From contig NC_068981.1 in assembly GCF_001194135.2 (NCBI RefSeq), forward strand, positions 129,728,798-129,792,797: 64,000 bases of DNA, read 5' to 3'. How positions within the stretch are numbered: the stretch's first letter is position 1; every line of letters begins with the position of its first letter. Under the pieces are notes generated by a model, which saw only the letters and a list, made by a program, of their open reading frames with translations, did no database searches and was not told the DNA's origin. Positions 25,948 to 39,896 of this stretch are shown here, in pieces. Source of the stretch: Octopus bimaculoides (Eukaryota). The translations under genes were made by a program, and so were the position numbers.

Positions 25948-26119
25948 TATATAGTTAGTTATAGATATCTCCCACATTACAGCTACATCATGTTATGGGA
26001 TTTCATACTTACAGGATTTGTATGTTATGATCACTAATTTTACAATGTGTTGTGTAATTTCATCCTTAGGAAAATCTGGAGATGCTCTAAGAATTTAAAA
26101 ACTACACTTTCTTGTGAGT

Positions 26120-26720
26120 CTCTGACTGTTTGATGATTCTTTAAGATTCCATATCTTTCTTCTTCAAATTATCTTGCAGACATTTAGGTCACATGCTGTA
26201 TAGAACTCTGGAAACCTTGATCGCTCGTCATTTCTTGTACCCTATCCATAACTTCCATGAACACCTTGGACACCATCCTTGCATTCTTCATCATATCTAT
26301 TGAAGTTGCGAGCTGCAATTAAGATGCCACTGTCATTTGTCTTAGAGGTTATCTGTAGAAAGGCCTCATATAAATGGTCCTTCTGCTCATCTTCAGGCTC
26401 TGACTGTTACCACTGAGTTGTCAATATTTGACCTGAACTTCATTATCTTTAGTCTTAATCTAACTACATAGATTACCTTTTCCATTTCATAGCTTATGGT
26501 ATACCTGATCCACCACTTCATCACTTGTTTCAAACTCAAAAGAGTTTGTGCTCTTGTTCTTTGCCTGTGGGGATGACTGAGGCCCCTTTCCAACTTACTT
26601 CCTGCACATAGCATAACATTAGTCCACTCCACTAAAGCATATCTACAACCTCTCTAGCACCTGCTTTCATTGTGCCAATGTTAGATGTAGCTGTTCTAAT
26701 ACTTTTAACCTGAGAAGGAG
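26120..26720 (-). mobile_element. Old RTE LINE, AP-endonuclease N-terminal remnant
   Basis: IRTATSNIGTMK..REVVDM..CYVQEVSWKG..EQKDHLYEAFLQITSKTNDSGILIAARNFN..GVHGSYG*GTRNDE, recognisable as an RTE APE domain. Confidence 0.8.
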
Positions 26721-28142
26721 TTAAAGATTTCTAATGATGCTTTAGTTGACTGGCATCTGACTTCTGCATCTGAAAAGAATAGGAAATTTGGGACAATTGT
26801 CTGTCAATGAATGGGACATGCATGGATAGATATTTCATTTAGGATTGGTTAGTTTGCTACCATTACTGCCATCTACCTCAATTCTCACATATGCAGGAGT
26901 CATTGTAGGTATTAAAAGAATTAATAAAAATAACAACTAGAGTCATATTTTTAGACACTTAGTATGACAATTTTTAGTAAGATAAAGAAACAGGAATAAG
27001 AAAGTTACCTAGCAGAAAGTGGCATCAAAAAGGTTTCTAGAAATTAGGCATCAGTAGTTGCCTCTTCCCACTGCCAAAGATTTCCATTTAGCAATCAAGT
27101 AAAATATATACCATAAGCAGAAGTTAGCTGTTGAGAAACAGGTTATCTCTAGCTTACAATGCACAAGGCTTGTTGGCATAGCTGCATTACTTTACTAATG
27201 TTGTTTATCTCCTACTCTATTAACCTGGATTTAGCATATTCTTAGTCAGAAGTATTCAAACCATGACCATTCCTTTTTAGTGTACCTACATCTACATTGT
27301 GTACTCCTTTTTTTTTTAAGACAGTATGGTAGATATAACAGGAGGGAGATTTCTTGCTATTTCTAGCAGATCAAGTAACTGTGTAGAGTTTCTATCATCA
27401 GCTCAAGTCATTTCCCATTAAATGTTACAACTAAGGCTGCCATGACAATATAAAAGACATGGCTGCTGTGTGAAGTACATCACCTTTATTCTTGCATATG
27501 TTCTTGCCACGCCTATTGTCAAGACCAACTCTTTTTGTAGCAGTTTCTTTTATTCAGTCATCAGATCTGGAGCAGTCTTCAAAAAACTGCAATTGTCGTT
27601 GTTATTGTTATTTATCCTCAGGTCAGCTCTGATCCAACAGATCTATAACGAAGAGACACTGTCTATGATCATCTCATCGTTTCTGCATGCATAACATTAT
27701 CTAAGTTACATTATCCAATGTGTCTTTTACATATCTATTTAAGATGATGTAATATAACATCAAAGAGATTTGATTGCTATTTCTAGCAAGTTGAATCACC
27801 ATGTAGAGGGTCTAGTTGGCTCATTCAGAAGCTGTATTTTTAGTTATAGAATCCAGGCTTCCAATAGTCAATTGCATATATGTCTGCTGTCACTGGCTCT
27901 GCATGAGCTGTACTGAATTAGATATTAGCACACTGGATTCTTATATTACTTAACTTGATAGGCAAAACTATTTACCACGTTCACAAAACACGCACAATAT
28001 ATATATATATCTATATATACACACACGTACACACACACACAAATATACATGTATATATATAGAGAGAGAGAAAGAGAGAGACGATAAGAAATGGAGCAAT
28101 ATATATATATATTGCTCCATTTCTTATCGTCTCTCTCTCTTT

Positions 28143-28223
<81 letters not shown>

Positions 28224-28487
28224 ATTTCAGGATGGTCATTTTTTTTCCCAAATAAACACATGCGCTATATATTTGTTCTTCACTTGTTTATTACTGTTTT
28301 CATTTTAACTCATGTCCAGTGTCCAGAAATCTTTTGTCACACATCTGTGACCTCTTCAGTGACATTTTCCATCCTTGTGTGTGCTCCTGCTCCACTTAGT
28401 CCATTCTAATAGACTAAGTGGTCCTTTCAGAAACAACTGTCACTAGACTTTTGGTTGGATTCCTAAGTGTGACCAACTGAGACTACA

Positions 28488-29351
28488 CAGGTTGTTCAGG
28501 CTTAATTTGACATTTTGCATAAAAGGAAAAGAAAACACAACATCCCCTCCAAAAATAAAAACATTTTAAAAAGTAGAAAAACGTCAACTAGATTATGGCT
28601 GGGAGATAACAGTTTGCTCAAAGTAGGTGTCCTTAGTTTCCACTACAGCCACAAGATGGCTCTGGAACCTGGCACATGCATTCCTCACTATATCCCTGGG
28701 AGGATCTTGGGACACTTCCTTGATTTTGACCACCAACTTGGCTTTGATGTTGCAGGCCAGAGCGGTTGGTATCTTTCTCAACTGGACCCCACACATAGTA
28801 GTCCATGGGATTACAATTGAGGGAATCAGGAGGCCAGAAATTGGGGCTGGTGAAGTCATAAAAATTCTCTGACAAACACTTCTTATTCTTTCTGGAGGTA
28901 TGGCAATGAGCCAAATCCTACTGCCACACATATGACCTTCTAGCAGCAGCCCTTTAGCTTCACATAACCATCTGAATTGAGCCTAAGGCCCTGTTCAAAG
29001 ATGTGGAGTGGCATGGCATCACTCTCACTGGAGACACACTCAAAGGCCATCACAGTTTGGGAGAACCTGGTTTTCATGATGTCCATGTCACAGCTTACAA
29101 CATTTACAGTGTGCATAGCACATTGAGCAGCAGTCATGATGTCAACATTTTGATACCCAGCATAAGTTATTATGATACAGGTAACTCTTTTCCAATGTTC
29201 AAATGGTTTCCAATTCTCTATATCAGCTAACTTTTTCTCAACTACAACTAATCTTTCTGCTCTCCAACACTGTTTACTGTTCACCAATACATCAAGCTGT
29301 TCCTCAAATAAGGAGACATAAAAAATTGTCGAATTTAGCCTGATCACTCTC
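28488..29351 (-). mobile_element. Tc1/mariner DD37D (maT-type) transposon, internally deleted
   Basis: MKTRFSQTVMAFECVSSESDAMPLHIFEQGLRLNSDGY..YVWQ*DLAHCHTSRKNKKCLSENFYDFTSPNFWPPDSLNCNPMDYYVWG has 37 residues between the second and third D. Imperfect ~28-bp TIRs (CAGGTTGTTCAGGCTTAATTTGACATTTT / AAAATTGTCGAATTTAGCCTGATCACTCT). Confidence 0.88.
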
Positions 29352-30414
29352 TAGATATTATCCATCCATCTCATTCTTGGTCTACTAGTCCTCTTGCTGG
29401 TTAGCTTAGCTTGAAGAATTCATCTTGTTCTTTTCTGCAGCATTCTATATCCCCAACTGCAGAAAAAAATTGTTCCCTTTCAATACTTCTTGATACTTGT
29501 TAGTAAGATAGATGTGAATACAACTGAATTAAAATAATATCCAATTCGGTGCAGTGATTTGATGTCTGTGTACAATGAATGCAGTTTATTAACCCACTGG
29601 TCTTCATTAATTATGAAAATGTATGCTTATAAAAAAATGGGGTGTGCATGTAATACATATGAAACCCATTATTAGCTTAGTGTAATAATTGGTTATTCAT
29701 TTATTTGTTTATTTATTCCTTCAGTTTCTTTTAATGTAATTTACTTAAGTAGCTTAATTTTGTGACAGTTGATCATTTATAAATATTCTCAACTACAACT
29801 AATCTTTATGCTCTCCAACACTGTTTACTGTTCACCAATACATCAAGCTGTTCCTCAAATAAGGAGACATAAAAAATTGTCGAATTTAGCCTGAGCACCC
29901 TCTAGATATTATCCATCCATCTCATTCTTGGTCTACTAGTCCTCTTGCTGGTTAGCTTAGCTTGAAGAATTCATCTTGTTCTTTTCTGNNNNNNNNNNTT
30001 CTTGGTCTACTAGTCCTCTTGCTGGTTAGCTTAGCTTGAAGAATTCATCTTGTTCTTTTCTGCAGCATTCTATATCCCCAACTGCAGAAAAAAATTGTTC
30101 CCTTTCAATACTTCTTGATACTTGTTAGTAAGATAGATGTGAATACAACTGAATTAAAATAATCTCCAATTGGGTGCAGTGATTTGATGTCTGTGTACAA
30201 CAAATGCAATTTATTAACCCACTGGTCTTCATTAATTATGAAAATGTATGCTTATAAAAAAAGGGGGTGTGCATGTAATACATATGAAACCCATTATTAG
30301 CTTAGTGTAATAATTGGTTATTCATTTATTTGTTTATTTATTCCTTCAGTTTCTTTTAATGTAATTTACTTAAGTAGCTTAATTTTGTGACAGTTGATCA
30401 TTTATAAATATTCT
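29235..30414 (+). repeat. Tandem duplication of a ~550-bp unit (29235-29785 and 29786-30414)
   Basis: Both copies begin TTCTCAACTACAACTAATC and end GATCATTTATAAATATTCT, with a few substitutions. The second copy contains a 10-N gap with artefactual overlap. Confidence 0.9.
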
Positions 30415-31189
30415 GTTCTGTTCTTACTTGTATCATATGACCAGTTATTTAGAAGAATGTCTAATGAAATGTTTCAGCTTTATATATTCTTCACAACAAT
30501 CATTTGTTTCCCCAGGATAATTCAAAAGACACCAAACACAAACAATCCAACAGCAAAAAAAAAAACAAAAACAAAAAAAAACATAATGTACAATAACTAA
30601 TTAGTGTCAGAAAATGTGTAGCATTTCATTAATCTCAGAAAGTATACAACACCTAATTAGTCTGGAACATCACTCAAGTACTCTCCAGACCTGTGGTTTG
30701 ACATTTTAATTTACCTGAATATACTTTTGATTATCTCATGTGTGAGGAGTCATATGACATCATTGCTCTACAGTCCTCTGAAAGCACAAAATGAAAAGCC
30801 TATATTTTGGCTGCAAGTATCATTGAATATATTATATTCCCTTAGTTGTTACCTCTACCTTCATCCATGTAATATTCCCTCCTTCCTTAAAAGTGTAACT
30901 GTAATTGTTGTTTAGCCGTGGATCAGCCCTGACTGAGCACAGTTACAGTCAGGGCCAACATTCCTGCTATGACAGTCTTTTCATTTTGTGTACCAGAAGT
31001 GCATAGTCCTTTCAGTTTTGAGACCTTAAGATGTCATTTAAGGGTTACTCAGCTGTTGTTTCTGGCTTGCTATGTGACGTCATGGCAAAACCCTTGGTTG
31101 TAGCCATGCATATGTGTTTGGATGTACATATATATACTGATATCTGTGTGTGTGTGTGTGTGTGTATATGTAAATATGTGTGTGTGTAT

Positions 31190-31220
<31 letters not shown>

Positions 31221-31331
31221 CTGCATAAATGTTAAAAACAGTGTAAATGCTATGAACAATAAAAAAGACAACACAAGCTTAACACAAGATTTAATAAATA
31301 CAGTATTATGCTTTAATAGGAAGAGAAAGAG

Positions 31332-31366
31332 CCTTAACATTTTGGATGTTAGTCCTTCATCAGAAG
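31332..31366 (-). ncRNA. Decayed hammerhead-like motif (Penelope pLTR type)
   Basis: Minus strand CTT-CTGATGA-A-GGA-CTAACA-TCC-AAA-TGTT-AAG: consistent with a CpG-decayed CTGATGA..TCCGAAACGTT with a CTT/AAG stem I. Confidence 0.45.
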
Positions 31367-32164
31367 AAAGAGAAAAGCTTAAGGGGAATGAGAAAGAATA
31401 GCCAGTGAGAGAAGAAAACAAATGGATGACGGGGTTAGAAACCAGTTGGGGATTTGGTTCTATAGGGCAGAATTATGAAAGGAAGGAGGGACAGGTGTAT
31501 ATGTGCAAGTATAGGAGTGTATCCATGTCCAGAAGTAAGTATATGATATGGGAGAGTGATATATATAGTTTTCTTTGTGTGTATGTGTGTGTGTAGAAGT
31601 GTGAAAGCACAGAAGTGTTGTGGTATAAGTTAGTAGTATGAGATGTTGGTATGTATGTGTGTGTGTTTGTAGTTGTTAAATGTGTATGATGTGAATGTGA
31701 GGAGGTGAGAATGGATGCAAATGTGAGGCAGACAGGAAGGTAAGAAGAACATGGAGAGTGTGATAGATGATGTATTTGCAAGGGTATGAGTGTAAGATGC
31801 TTTTACATAGAAGAAATGTTTCAAAGTAAAATAAGAGAAAGAAAAAATAGTAGGTCTGTGAGAGAAGAGAGGTCAAAGAATAATATAAGAAAAGATCATT
31901 TAAGAATTATGGGACACTGGCAAAATGTGTGGAGTAGCTTAATGGAGTGTCCAAAGAATGGTGAGGAATTAGTGTGAAACAAAATAGAATTTCTTACTAT
32001 CCTTTTGGACACTTTGTCAAGCTTTAATTTTTTTTACTTTATTGTTTATCTCATAGAACTCATTTGGGGTATAGAGAAACATAAAATAAGCAGATGAATG
32101 AGCACACACAGACATATTCTGTCTGTCTGTCTGTTTCTCTCTCCTTGCCTCCCTCCTTCTCTCT

Positions 32165-32450
32165 CACACACTCTCTGTCCCTCCTCTCTCTGTCCCTCCT
32201 CTCTCTGTCCCTCCTCTCTATGTCCCTCCTCTCTATGTCCCTCCTCTCTCTCTCCCTCCTCTCTCTCTCCCTCCTCTCTCTCCCTCCTCTCTCTCTCCCT
32301 CCTCTCTCTCTCTCCCTCCTCTCTCTCTCCCCCTCCTCTCTCTCTCTCCCTCCTCTCTCTCTCCCTCCTCTCTCTCTCCCTCCTCTCTCTCTCTCCCTCC
32401 TCTCTGTCTCCCTCCTCTCTTGCTCTCCCTCCTCTCTCGCTCTCCCATCT
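32165..32450. repeat. ~15-bp minisatellite (TCCCTCCTCTCTCTC-like)
   Basis: Repeating CCCTCCTCTCT(C/G/A)T units; source of the REEGERE / SLSPSS ORFs. Confidence 0.93.
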
Positions 32451-33984
32451 CCTCTCTCTCACTCACGCTCACACTCTCTCTCTGAAAGTTTGTGAAACAC
32501 TCATGTCCTTGGAAGTTGGCACAGATGGCAAATGGTCTTCCTTAAGTTCCAGTCACTCTGTTGCTGTTGCTGCTGCTGAAAACATGTTTGTGAAATTTAT
32601 TTATTTTTGTTTTGGAATATGATTAATCTATAAATAATGCCATGTAAAATATTTGGTTAAAAATCCCTTTGAATAAATAAAGTTGAAGACTGCCCATCAG
32701 ACTTGAACTTGCATCTCCTGTGAACATGGACTGAAGTAGTGTTTTGGATTTCTTTATACACTTTAGAAACTTTATTCTTATCAGTGAGACTTGTATGTAG
32801 TTGATGTTATAAGAATTTATTAGCATCATAAGAACATGAAAGAATTCTTTTTTTTTTTTAATTTTTGGAAGAGTAAATCTTAAGGTGAATAATAATAAAA
32901 TATTTACACACTATAAATAATAGTGTGTAAATATATTGGATTAAAATGCCTTTGGAAAGAAAAGGTCAAAGACTGCTAATGGGATTTGAACCCACATCTA
33001 TAAACATAAGAAGTTTGATGAAAATTCCACTATTAAAGGAGAGGGTGGATTAGGTTGTATAGTCATCTAAGGATCCATAATTGACAAAAAATGGTCATCA
33101 TTGAATTCAGTGGGCAGCCATAAACAAACAGTGTATGCATTATTCTAGTCTTATCTTGCTTTATATTTTCACTTTTCCTACCTCACTTGATCTTGCCCTT
33201 AACACCACCCTTCTTTATCAACTGACCTAGATCCCATTACAAATTCTACCACCCTTCTCTCACACTTTACTCTCTCTTTCATCTATCAAGCTTGTGATTT
33301 ACTCACCATCACTCATTTGTTTTCTCCCTCTTTCACTCCCCACACCAAAAATTCTCTATCACTCATTAACTTGATTCCTTTTCTCATTAGCAATTTCAAG
33401 CCTAAACCATGATACTCTCTTATTATTTCTCTCTCTGAAGAGGAAATGTAGAAGGACAAGTGTCTGAAACTTTAGTCCTCTCTTCTTTCTTGCAACATAA
33501 AGTTTATCCCATTGTTTTATTATTTGTATTAATTTTTACTGACTCAAAACATTACCGGTTTCTTCGGATTCTACTGTTTTATTATGTTATGCAGGTTGGC
33601 ATCTACTTTTATTGAGTTAGTCATCTATTGAAAGTGTTTAGCAGTACTATTTCAGATAATCTGGGATAAGTTTTAGCTACTAGTAGCTCAAACAAAGGCT
33701 AACTTAATAACTTCATTCGGAATGAATTCCTGCTTCAGGTTTTAGGTTACAGAGTAGTCTTGAACAAGTCACAAGAATAAGTTACTGGCTAAAATTATCT
33801 ATCAAACATCAAAATATCATACTATTATTTTGGTAGATTTAAGGTTGCTTTGCAAAGATTGTAGTTATTTTGTGTAAAATCCACAAGAGTGAGGCTTGGA
33901 TCACAAATATAAATATTAAATTACACAGAACACAAGTCTGTCATAGTTATAATGTTAAAGTCTGTAATAGTTTCAAAGTCATTA

Positions 33985-34140
33985 GTATCATCATCATCAT
34001 CATCATCACCATCATTTAATGTCACTTTTTCCTTGCTGGCATGGGTTGGACAGGATGCCATGAACTGATGAACTAGAAGGCTGCACCAAGTGCTAATCTC
34101 TTCTTTAGCATGGTTCCTACTGCTGCATGCCCTTCATAAC
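33985..34140 (-). mobile_element. RTE LINE 3' end (old); duplicated at 35507-35640
   Basis: (ATC)n tail + TTTAATGTC..TGCTGGCATGGGTTGGACA..GCATGCCCTTC. Confidence 0.7.
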
Positions 34141-36165
34141 ATCAAACCCTTCACAAAATGTATTTAGTATCTTTGTAACAAATATTTAATATATTTCAAA
34201 TTGTATATTAATGAATTTGTTCTTACATTAACTTCTGATGTGGTCACTGATGATAGGAAAAATTTCTTGTGATTTATGTAAATATTCACTTTTTTTTCAC
34301 CTTTTGTTAATTCAGATATGTAATTGCTTTTATTTTGTTACCTTTATTTGTCTTTGGGAGTTTTTATTATTGCTGTTTACATTCAGATCAATTCTTATCC
34401 AATAGACCTATAACCAAAAGTGTTCCTATCATGACCATCCCATCTTATTTCACTTTATCTAGTGTATTTTTTAAAACCATAGGGTAAGATTTGAGGTAAT
34501 TTGGCTGCTGTTTCTAGCAGATTCAATGATTGTATATTCTTTTGAATGACTGAAATAGTAGCATGCCTGACTCAATAACTTACTATACCAACCTGATTGT
34601 TTTCTATCTTGTATATGAAATAGATGAGGTTGAATTTGTCTTTCATATTTCGTAAAGTAATTACAAAACTCACCTTAACTCATTCCATTCTTCTATTCTC
34701 AGTATTTAGAAAGGAAATGTTAATCCATTTCTTGACTATTTCTAATATATCCAAAGAAAGTCCTTTACTTATAATAAACTCCTTATCACAATCTACCTTC
34801 TATCTTTGGTCTACACCAATCTGTGTTCTTATATTATTCTGCTTTCCATCAAAACTGTTTACGCCTTTGATCTTGCTTTCTATCTGCTCTCTGACTAGAA
34901 TATAGCCACCCCACCTATTGATTTACATTTTCCACTCCCACACATTCTAAACTACATTCAAACAAAAGCCATATGTTTGGCTAGCAAGCTTCCACTAACT
35001 AATGCTTTTCTATCACTGATCCATTGTCAAGCCATATTCTCTATTTGTCTCTTTTATATAACCACTGCAAGAGCTCATACTTCTCTGGACTTACTAAGTT
35101 TATTATATAGCCTTCACCTTAATCTTCTTAATGCACCTGTTGTTGTTCTGTTGTGTTTCATCCATTATTCCTTTGCTTATCATTTTGTTTTCCATATGTG
35201 TTTCTCATAACCATTATCTTACAAAACTACCTGTTTCTCTCTGGTCCCTTATGTACAGCACTTCAAAGACAGACTATTTATTTCACTTATGAATTTCTCT
35301 CAGGATTCATAGAAAGTTGTAAACATCAGTCCTTCTTATAGAAACATTGAAAAAAAAAAAAATCTAATCCTATCTTATTTATTCTACCTGTCTCTTTACT
35401 TCAAAAAGGTCTACCTTCCCTGTAAGAATAAGAAATTAGAAATAATTTCATTCTCATTACACTTGATCTTTATAGCTTGGTGTTATTTCAGAACTTAAGT
35501 CACTCCATGCTGGTATGGGTTGGACAGCATGACATGAACTGATGAACCAGAAAGCTGTGCCTAGCTCTGATCTCTTCTTTGGCATGGTTCCTACAGCTGC
35601 ATGCCCATCCTAACATCAACCCCTTTTCAAAATGTATTGGATACTTTTTAATATATCTTTAATAATACTTCAAATTGTATATTAATGGATATGGTCTTAC
35701 ATTAACTTACATTAACATGGCTACTGGTGATAGGAAAAATGAAGGATATTTCATTGAGATAGAAGGAAAATTAATTTCCTGACTGTCTGTCTGTTGACAT
35801 GCTTAAATCAAGTATTTAGATAAATATTTGATATTCTTAAAATACAATCTATGAATATCTAATGAAGAATAAATTATCAAATAAGTGTGAATGTCCTCCT
35901 TTTTTATGAGTTTTCTTTTTGCACACTTACTTACATATGTTTCACAAAATATTGACAAAGAATTCTGTTTATCGCTATAAAATTCACTGGTGAGATTTCT
36001 TGTAATTCTGATATATCTTGAGATGAATATATTCAGATTATCAAAAGAATAACAAATATCATTAAATCTTACATCTCAAGTGTTCTGAAGAGAGCCAATT
36101 ATATTCCATTCCAATAAAGCTCGCACATGCATTCACACACATGTACGTGCGTGCATACATGCGCA

Positions 36166-36199
<34 letters not shown>

Positions 36200-39100
36200 A
36201 GTGTTTGACAGAGAGAGTGGGAGGGAGAAGGGAGAAGAAGAGAAAGAGTTGGAAGTATTTATTCTGAAAAAAAAGTATTTTTTTAAAGATCTGCAAATGA
36301 ATATTCAATTATCAAAACAAAGAGAGACTATAGTAAATTAATAATCAAAATGCTTTCTATTTTAGGATAGAGAATTTTCCAGTAATTAAATAAAGCTAAT
36401 TAGTGGGGAAAATTATCATAGAAATAATACAAGTTAATTTTAAGTCCATGTGAAAGATTCTTGAGTAGGTAGTATTGAAATTGAAATTCCTTGTGAAAAT
36501 GCTCCTTTAATAGAGTTATTTTGCATTATTCTAAGTGCTGCAACTGTTGAGAGAAAATTTAGTTAGTATATTCGTTCTTATGAATGAAATATTTGAAAGA
36601 TTTATGTCCTGACAAAATAGATCAGAAAAAAAAAATGTGAAATACTGTGGTTAATTATTTGAAAATTTCCCATGTGGAAGTATAATGATTCTACTTTTGG
36701 TAATTCAAATAATATGAGAAAAATTGGTAATGAAAGAAAAATTATCTTAGAGTTCAGGTGAATAATCTTATTCACAAGTTTGTACATAAACAATATACTT
36801 TGACATAGTACAAGCTCAGATATTTTAATGATTTTTAATGGATAGAGAATTGGATTTGAGTGTGAGGTATGAGGGAGAAAAAAGATAAACTTGATTGTTT
36901 ATTTTTAGAGACTGGTTATACTTCAGTGGCTTCTGAAGACCTGAGATGAGCTAGATAGATAATTAATACTATAGATTTATCTATCCATGTATTGCATATT
37001 ATATCTTTAAACTCAGCCCAAGCCAAACATTTTTCGCATTAAATATTTCAAACTGCTGTTTTTATCTCAAAGCAGCTTTGATTACTGATGACCTCTGTAT
37101 GTTTTTTTCCCTTCCTTTCTATGATGCAAAAATAAGGGAATAGCTTTTTTATTCGAGCAATAATGTATCCTTTACATACAACAACATGTTTAACATTTTA
37201 CAGAATGCATGTCATTGGGTACATATCTAGAAATAGGTTAAATCATCTATGATCTCAAATTCAAACTTAGAATCGAGAATTGTGTGGCAAATAGTTTGCT
37301 CCTGGGAATTATGAAGTCTTGCAGTTTACTAACCTGGACATTCCTCTAATGAATAGCGAGTACACACAATGGGGTGGTAGTTGGAAGAATTAGGTATGAA
37401 TGATGAGAAAGCAGAAGGGAGAAGAAACAAGTCTTCAATAATCACAGTGCCCTACTTTTTTGTAATGGTTTTGGACCTCATTTTAGTATAGATACTTATT
37501 TTACTGAGCTTTTTAGCCACAGAGAAATGAAAGCCAAAGGTAAAGCATAAGCAAACTTGAAATTGGAACAACGAGCATCAAAATTAGATAAATGTTTGGT
37601 TTTCTTAGCTTCTGAACTTTTTGCATGTTGGTGTAGACTAAAAGGTTCTCTTAGAACAGAAAGTTGTCTTAGTGATAAAAACAGCAACAAACATTACTTT
37701 GTTGCAAAGATTTGCAAAGATTGGCAGATATTAATGTCTAAGTTACATTAACCTAATGAATATCCTCAAGAAGGCTAGAATTTTCAGTGTTGTTTTCTCT
37801 ACTTTTACAAGCAAAATCTTTACCATCTTTTACTATATACACAGATATCAAAATAAAGAGGTATAGACAGGTACATCTTGGACAGACATAGGAAGGACCT
37901 GATTGACATACTTAACTCATTCTATATTTGGGTTATCATTGAGATAGTTAATTTTTTTTAGATGTTATACTCAATTTGGGCACCATTTCATACATACCCT
38001 ACTGCAAACCTAATGAAATGTTGTTGTATATCAACACAGCCTCCTGCTACCTACCTATAGTGTTTAAAAACTTTGTGAAGATGTTAGTAAGAGGGTTTTG
38101 AACCTATCCTCAAATAACAACATTTTTGATATGGTGGCTCCCTTTTACAACAAAACTTTGGCAGCCAGAAGGTTTAAGGACTGCATTACCTATATGCTGG
38201 GAAACCCACAAAAGAAAGTACCACTCTAAAATTCTCGGGTCTTTCCCTACCCTTCTCACTTAGTGTCAGAACTTATGTGGGAGGGGTCTTCTTTACACAT
38301 CCCATAGGTACAGGAGATTGTTCAATAGACATTACTTAAGGGTCTCATTCAGTTGAGTAGCCAAAATCCCACCCATAAGCTTCCATAAGAATGCTTATGT
38401 AGGGTTAGTAGTGCATGCCCAATAAAGGTCAATGCAACACCAAGGCCTTGGTCCATGAAGTAGAGATGGGGTCCAGCAGTAGTAGCAGCAACAGTAGTAG
38501 CAACAAAAGGACACATACATGGAACTATGTTGGAGCAATGGCAGGCCAATTTAATGCTAGGCTAAATAACCACAGGTTTTCTGTTAGGATCCTGAAGAGG
38601 TGCAACGTTACATCATTAACCAGCTATATATAGCAATTAAAAGAGGAGGGTATGCTAAACTAAATTAACTGGAAGCAGATGGTGCAAACTTTGCCTAGCT
38701 GAGAGGACAGTGATCCTAAAAAATATGTACTCTCTGGGATGCTTCTTGAATTCAAAAAGTGAGATATTTAGCCACTACCTTCATAACAGAAAATTCAGTT
38801 TGAAAACGTGATCTTCTCCATTTGCAGACTAGAGAATAGAAATAACATATGCAGGCACAGCAGAAATGCTTCAGCCACAAGTGGAATTGTACAAGGGAGT
38901 CAACTATTCTTTCTCTCTCAGAGGGAATACACATATTCATATACATACAAATATGCACCAACACACTTTTTATAGACACATATTAATATAAAATATATGA
39001 ATTAGATAAATGGACATATATACATTTAGATGAACCCATATAAGTATTAAAAAGATATATTAAACAGAGCCCAAAGTAAATGTATTTTTTACTTTTCATG

Positions 39101-39410
39101 TGATTGCTTTATGTGGATAAGAAGATAATATTGTAGAAAATTAAAAAGGTCACCATCAGATTAACAAGTCTAACAACATGTTTTTTGACTTGTTAATCTG
39201 ATTGCATATCAATCATTTACCTACCTGAATTATGGTGGAACCTGAAGAATTGAGAGATTCAATGTAATGTATTGCATAATTTCATAGAATTTGTATGTCT
39301 TACATACCAACATGTATGATGTTAGGTTGCAATAAAATCTCTCAATGAAACATTGTAGTAATACCATAAAATCCATTTGTCTGTTTTTATTTTATTGGGT
39401 TGGCAACTAA

Positions 39411-39896
39411 CCTTGGTGGACCCCTACCTTTACTCGGAATTCTTCACTGTACTCGTTGTCAACCTTCACTTTACTGACAGCGTCTCTGTACATGGCTTGC
39501 ACAGCTCTCACTAACCATTCATCTATCCCTAGTTTCTTCATTGACCACCAGATAAGGGATCATGAGATCCTGTCAAAGGCTTTCTCCATGTCAACAAAAG
39601 CCAGGAACAGAGGTTTATCTTTGGCTAGGTATTTCTCTTGCAGCTGTCTTACCAGAAATATAGCATCAGTGGTGCTTTTTCCTGGAATGAACCCACACTG
39701 CATCTCGTCTAAGCTGACTCTCTCCCTAATTTGTTGGGCTATGACTCTCTCGGTGACCTTCATTATCTGGTCCAACAACTTGATACCTCTGTAATTGTTT
39801 GTGTCTAAAGCGTCACCTTTACCTTTGCAGCAGTTGACTATGGTGCTGCTACACCACTCATTGGGTATGACTCCTTCGTGTATCACCTGATTAACT
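39411..39896 (-). mobile_element. RTE LINE reverse transcriptase fragment (downstream part)
   Basis: NQVIHEGVIPNEWCSSTIVNCCKGKGDALDTNNYRGIKLLDQIMKV..QCGFIPGKSTTDAIFLVRQLQEKY..AFVDMEKAFDR..EEFRVKVGVHQG. Confidence 0.93.

Noticed and set aside
32046-32622. Arg/Glu-rich and Ser/Leu-rich ORFs (also 1748-2021, 16598-17158, 43425-43692, 50056-50298, 56745-57214)
   Set aside because: These are translations of micro- and minisatellites, with no coding signal.
37496-37751. Overlapping short ORFs as a possible host exon
   Set aside because: No recognisable domain and no clear splice pair; 64-aa ORFs arise by chance.
38580-38660. Weak resemblance of DPEEVQRYIINQLYIAIKRGG to CRE-type retroelement C-termini
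   Set aside because: Similarity is too low and there are no supporting upstream motifs.
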